Source: Eledone cirrhosa (Eukaryota). Taken from it: a stretch of 64,000 bases of DNA. The position numbers and the translations under genes are program-made. Below are positions 57,253 to 64,000 of the stretch, piece by piece. The stretch covers positions 10,168,001 through 10,232,000 of the forward strand of contig OZ024752.1 in the NCBI GenBank assembly GCA_964016885.1, in the 5' to 3' direction. Below the pieces are notes generated by a model, which saw only the letters and a list, made by a program, of their open reading frames with translations, searched no databases and was not told the origin of the DNA. Position 1 is the stretch's first letter; each line of letters begins with the position of its first letter.

Positions 57253-57854
57253 ATGGTGGCTGCCAACTCGTTTTCGAGTACGGCCACTATTTTATATCCA
57301 TGTAGGAGAACCCCTACCGATGCACTGAACGAGTGTAACTTTTTAGTCCAGCCAGCGACTTGAAAACTCTGGTACAAACACTACACTTGTGACAATTATA
57401 GTGCTGGGCCCATGGTACCATGTAACTACAAGTGCAGAGAGATCTGCAGATATAAAGCAATGCCTGTGCCGTGAAGCTTTTATAGTGAGCAAAGGCACTG
57501 CACAAAGCCAGTCCTACTCTCTTAACTAAGATGATATTTACCAAAAAGAAGAACAAATCAACATCATTGGATACCATCAGGGTCGCAGGTGTTATATCAG
57601 AGTTTTCCTTCTCCTAGAATTCTGCCTTGACAAAGACTAAGGGGTCATCTCTCCCGGTGATTTTGGATCGCCATTAACTCTTAAGAACTCCTTTGCCCTT
57701 TGACAGATTTTGTTTTTAGTCCTGCAGGATGTCCAAAGTCACCCTCCTCACCAAGAAACCTTGGTGGGGTTGCCAGTTTAGTCGCCAACGACCCGACCAT
57801 GAGACAGGTTGTACTGGGATACATGTTACCAGTAGCACCAACTGGTGACCTGAC
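57253..57854 (-). mobile_element. Non-autonomous RTE-derived bipartite element, full length
   Basis: Close reverse complement of 46858-47428; (TA)n at both ends. Confidence 0.85.
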
Positions 57855-57904
<50 letters not shown>

Positions 57905-58008
57905 GTCAGCGTGTTGAAAACAATACCAGTACTTTATAAACATCGCGTATTTGAAGATGTTCAAATAAACGCAATGTACTATAAACACTTCCACTTATGG
58001 CTATCTTA

Positions 58009-58502
58009 TCTATAATAAAGGAAGGAGTGCAGGACTGTGTCCTGATATATATTTTTTTAACCCGTTAGTAAAATGAGTTGGATTACTTTGAATAAATAAT
58101 GAATGAATATTACATAATTTATGTGCTAAATTTCGTGGCTGTTGATTAAATATATTTTATAGCTTATTTAAAGATCTTTAAAATTCACTTCTTTAAAATT
58201 AACAAATGTCAACACTTCCGGTTAGCGGCAGTTATATTATAACACATATAATCGCATATATTTCCGTCGCTAATTTTCTCCTAATGTAGTTTCTATATAA
58301 TGTCGTCTTTTTTAAAAATATATCATGGATTACTGATTACAGAAGACAGTGTAACATAGGGTTTGTTCAATTTCTGTGTATATTGTCAATTACGATTTTA
58401 TTTGATGTATCATATTTACATGCATATATATTTGTGTATAATATCAATATACACACCACACATGCTAACAGAAAACCACCCCTTCGGTGGTTTTTCTACT
58501 AG
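58009..58502 (+). mobile_element. Non-autonomous Helitron
   Basis: A|TCTATAATAAAG start; 3' hairpin GAAAACCACC-ccttc-GGTGGTTTTTC then CTAG|T. Confidence 0.7.
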
Positions 58503-58727
58503 TGTATATAAAGAAAATCCCACAGAAATTCTCCTTTATTATTTCAGATGAATGTTATTTGTATGATTCTGTGTAAGGATCAATCTTATGAATACTTAAA
58601 ATGTCATAAATACTTAAAATGTTCACACATCATAGTTCACTTAATCCCCAACGAACGCTTCAAATTAAAACAAAAGCGTTTGATATATCTACGGTATGTT
58701 TACCTTGAATTACTAAAATAAATAATA

Positions 58728-59580
58728 CTGTCTCATTTTGGCACAAGGTAAGCAATTACCCTAGTGCGTTACTGCTACTTTATTTTATCGACCCGCTAAG
58801 ATGAAAGACAAAGTTAACCTCAGTGGGATTTGAACCCAGAACGTAAGAAGCCATAACTATGCTGCAAAATATGGTGTCTGACGCTCTATCGTTACTGCCA
58901 ACTATAATACCGATACTAGCAGAAATAGTCATGTTAATATTAATATTTATTATTTGACATTAGGACACTGGCAATTATTTAGGCTAGTTTGCGACAACCT
59001 TGCGTCCATGAAATTTTATATCAATTTCAATAGTAATGCCTAATGAATGATTCATAAATCAGGAACGTCCAATACGATTTGAGGGTTATATTCAGTGCGT
59101 GACTGGTACTTTTTTTATCGAGCCCGTAAGGATGAAAGGCAAAGATAACCTCGGCGGGATTTGAACTTAGAACGCAAAGGGCCATAACTATGTTGCATAG
59201 CATATTTATGCCCCTTTACGTTGAGTTCAAACTTTCAGTTCCTACTTTTGGCACAATGCCAATAATTATCACAGTGGATTACTGGTACTTTTTTTATCGA
59301 GGCTGTGAGGATGAATGGCAAAGTTAAACTCGGCGGGAATTGAACTCAGAACGTAAAGGGACATAACTATGCTGCACAGCATGGAGTCTGACGCTCTACC
59401 GGTACTGCCAGCGAGTTCTAGCATAAATAATTATATTAATGCTAATAGTTTAACATCAGGACACTGGCAGTTATTTAGCCTAGAGTGCGACGACCTTCCT
59501 TCCAGGAACATTTATATCAATTTCAATAGTAATGCCTAATATGATTAAGCAATCTCGAAGGTCCAACAGGATTTCAGGGA
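58728..59580 (-). mobile_element. Family 1 SINE cluster within a local tandem duplication
   Basis: SINE cores at about 58728, 59090 and 59237; flank 58940-59085 repeated at 59435-59580. Confidence 0.75.
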
Positions 59581-59664
59581 GATATAATTGGAATGCCAGA
59601 TAGCGGAGTGGTAACATGAGACTTCAGACCATTTAAAGTCAGATGTTGTGGTTGCTGTGCTGTG

Positions 59665-60044
59665 CTCTCTCTCTCTCTCTCTCTCATATATGTTATATAT
59701 ATATATTACATATATATGTCTATATCTCTCTCTATATATATATATATTATATATATGTCTATATCTCTCTATATATATATTATATATATATGTCTCTCTC
59801 TCTGTCTCTATATATATATTATATATATATGTCTCTCTCTCTGTCTATATATATATATTATATATATATGTCTCTCTCTCTGTCTATATATATATATTAT
59901 ATACATATGTCTCTCTCTCTCTATTATATATATGTTATATATTATATACATATGTCTATCTCTCTCTATTATATATATGTTATATATTATATATATATGT
60001 CTCTCTCTCTCTATTATATATATGTTATATATTATATATATATG

Positions 60045-60077
<33 letters not shown>

Positions 60078-60124
60078 CTCTATATATATATATATATATT
60101 ATATATATATGTCCTCTCTCTCTA

Positions 60125-60159
<35 letters not shown>

Positions 60160-60203
60160 GTCTCTCTCTCTCCCTCTATATATATATATATTATATATAT
60201 ATG

Positions 60204-60281
<78 letters not shown>

Positions 60282-60282
60282 G

Positions 60283-60314
<32 letters not shown>

Positions 60315-60329
60315 ATATATATATATATG

Positions 60330-60377
<48 letters not shown>

Positions 60378-60464
60378 ATATATGTCTCTCTCTCTCTATC
60401 TATATATATTATATATGTTATATATATATATGTCTCTCTCTCTATATATATATATATTATATAT
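59665..60464. repeat. GTCTCTCT(AT)n compound array
   Basis: Direct reading. Confidence 0.92.
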
Positions 60465-60497
60465 ATAGTTATGTAATAAACAACATAAGGCAATTAT

Positions 60498-60555
60498 TCC
60501 ATTTACCAGTGGTTTCTTAAAAGCAAAAAATTTTGCTGTCAATCATCAGAATGAA
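60498..60555 (-). ncRNA. Type I hammerhead ribozyme
   Basis: Minus strand: TTCATT-CTGATGA-TTGAcAGCAAAA..TTTTGCTtTTAA-GAAA-CCACTGG-TA-AATGGA. Confidence 0.85.
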
Positions 60556-60670
60556 AAAATCCTGGTCTGTTTATTTATATTGGATTAAAAAAGAAAAAAA
60601 AAAAAAAAATTTGTCTATTTATTTTATTTTTTTTTTTTAAATCCAATATAAATAAACAGACCAGGATTTT

Positions 60671-60727
60671 TTCATTCTGATGATTGAAAGCAAAATTTTT
60701 TCTTTTAAGAAACCACTGGTAAATGGA
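60671..60727 (+). ncRNA. Type I hammerhead ribozyme
   Basis: TTCATT-CTGATGA-TTGAAAG[loop]CTTTTAA-GAAA-CCACTGG-TA-AATGGA; predicted cut after 60721. Confidence 0.88.
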
Positions 60728-60829
60728 ATAATTGCCTTATGTTGTTTATTACATAACTATTAAGCTCTGTTACCTACATAGAGCACGCTTTTTTCCCGGA
60801 CTTTTCCGACGGAATTACTTCATCTATTG

Positions 60830-64000
<3,171 letters not shown>

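Larger units (their letters stand above)
60465..60829. mobile_element. Fold-back island F: near-perfect palindrome 60465-60760 plus tail
   Basis: Arms reverse-complementary around an A/T-run centre; (TA)n flanks. Confidence 0.92.

Overview
AT-rich, repeat-saturated eukaryotic DNA with no convincing host exon. The SINE and LINE repertoire and the huge (TA)n/(CA)n tracts suggest an octopus-like cephalopod genome (inference). Most long ORFs in the track are microsatellite translations. Conventional content: >15 tRNA-derived SINE copies, decayed RTE, Tx1/L1, R4/Dong-like and CR1-like LINEs, a small Helitron, LTR/MITE-like elements, a tRNA-Asp pseudogene, minisatellites and a 200-N gap. The main unexplained signal is a set of short non-coding islands inside (TA)n tracts carrying type I hammerhead ribozyme (HHR) motifs (stem I-CTGAnGA-stem II-GAAA-short or palindromic stem III-TH-stem I'). 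By eye I fold about 10 complete or nearly complete HHRs from about 6 sequence-unrelated families, plus decayed and half copies. Many lie in divergent inverted pairs with a one-sided tail, the inverted pseudo-LTR + pseudo-LTR + tail layout of Penelope-like elements (PLEs), but with no ORF. All folds are manual and repeat boundaries are approximate.
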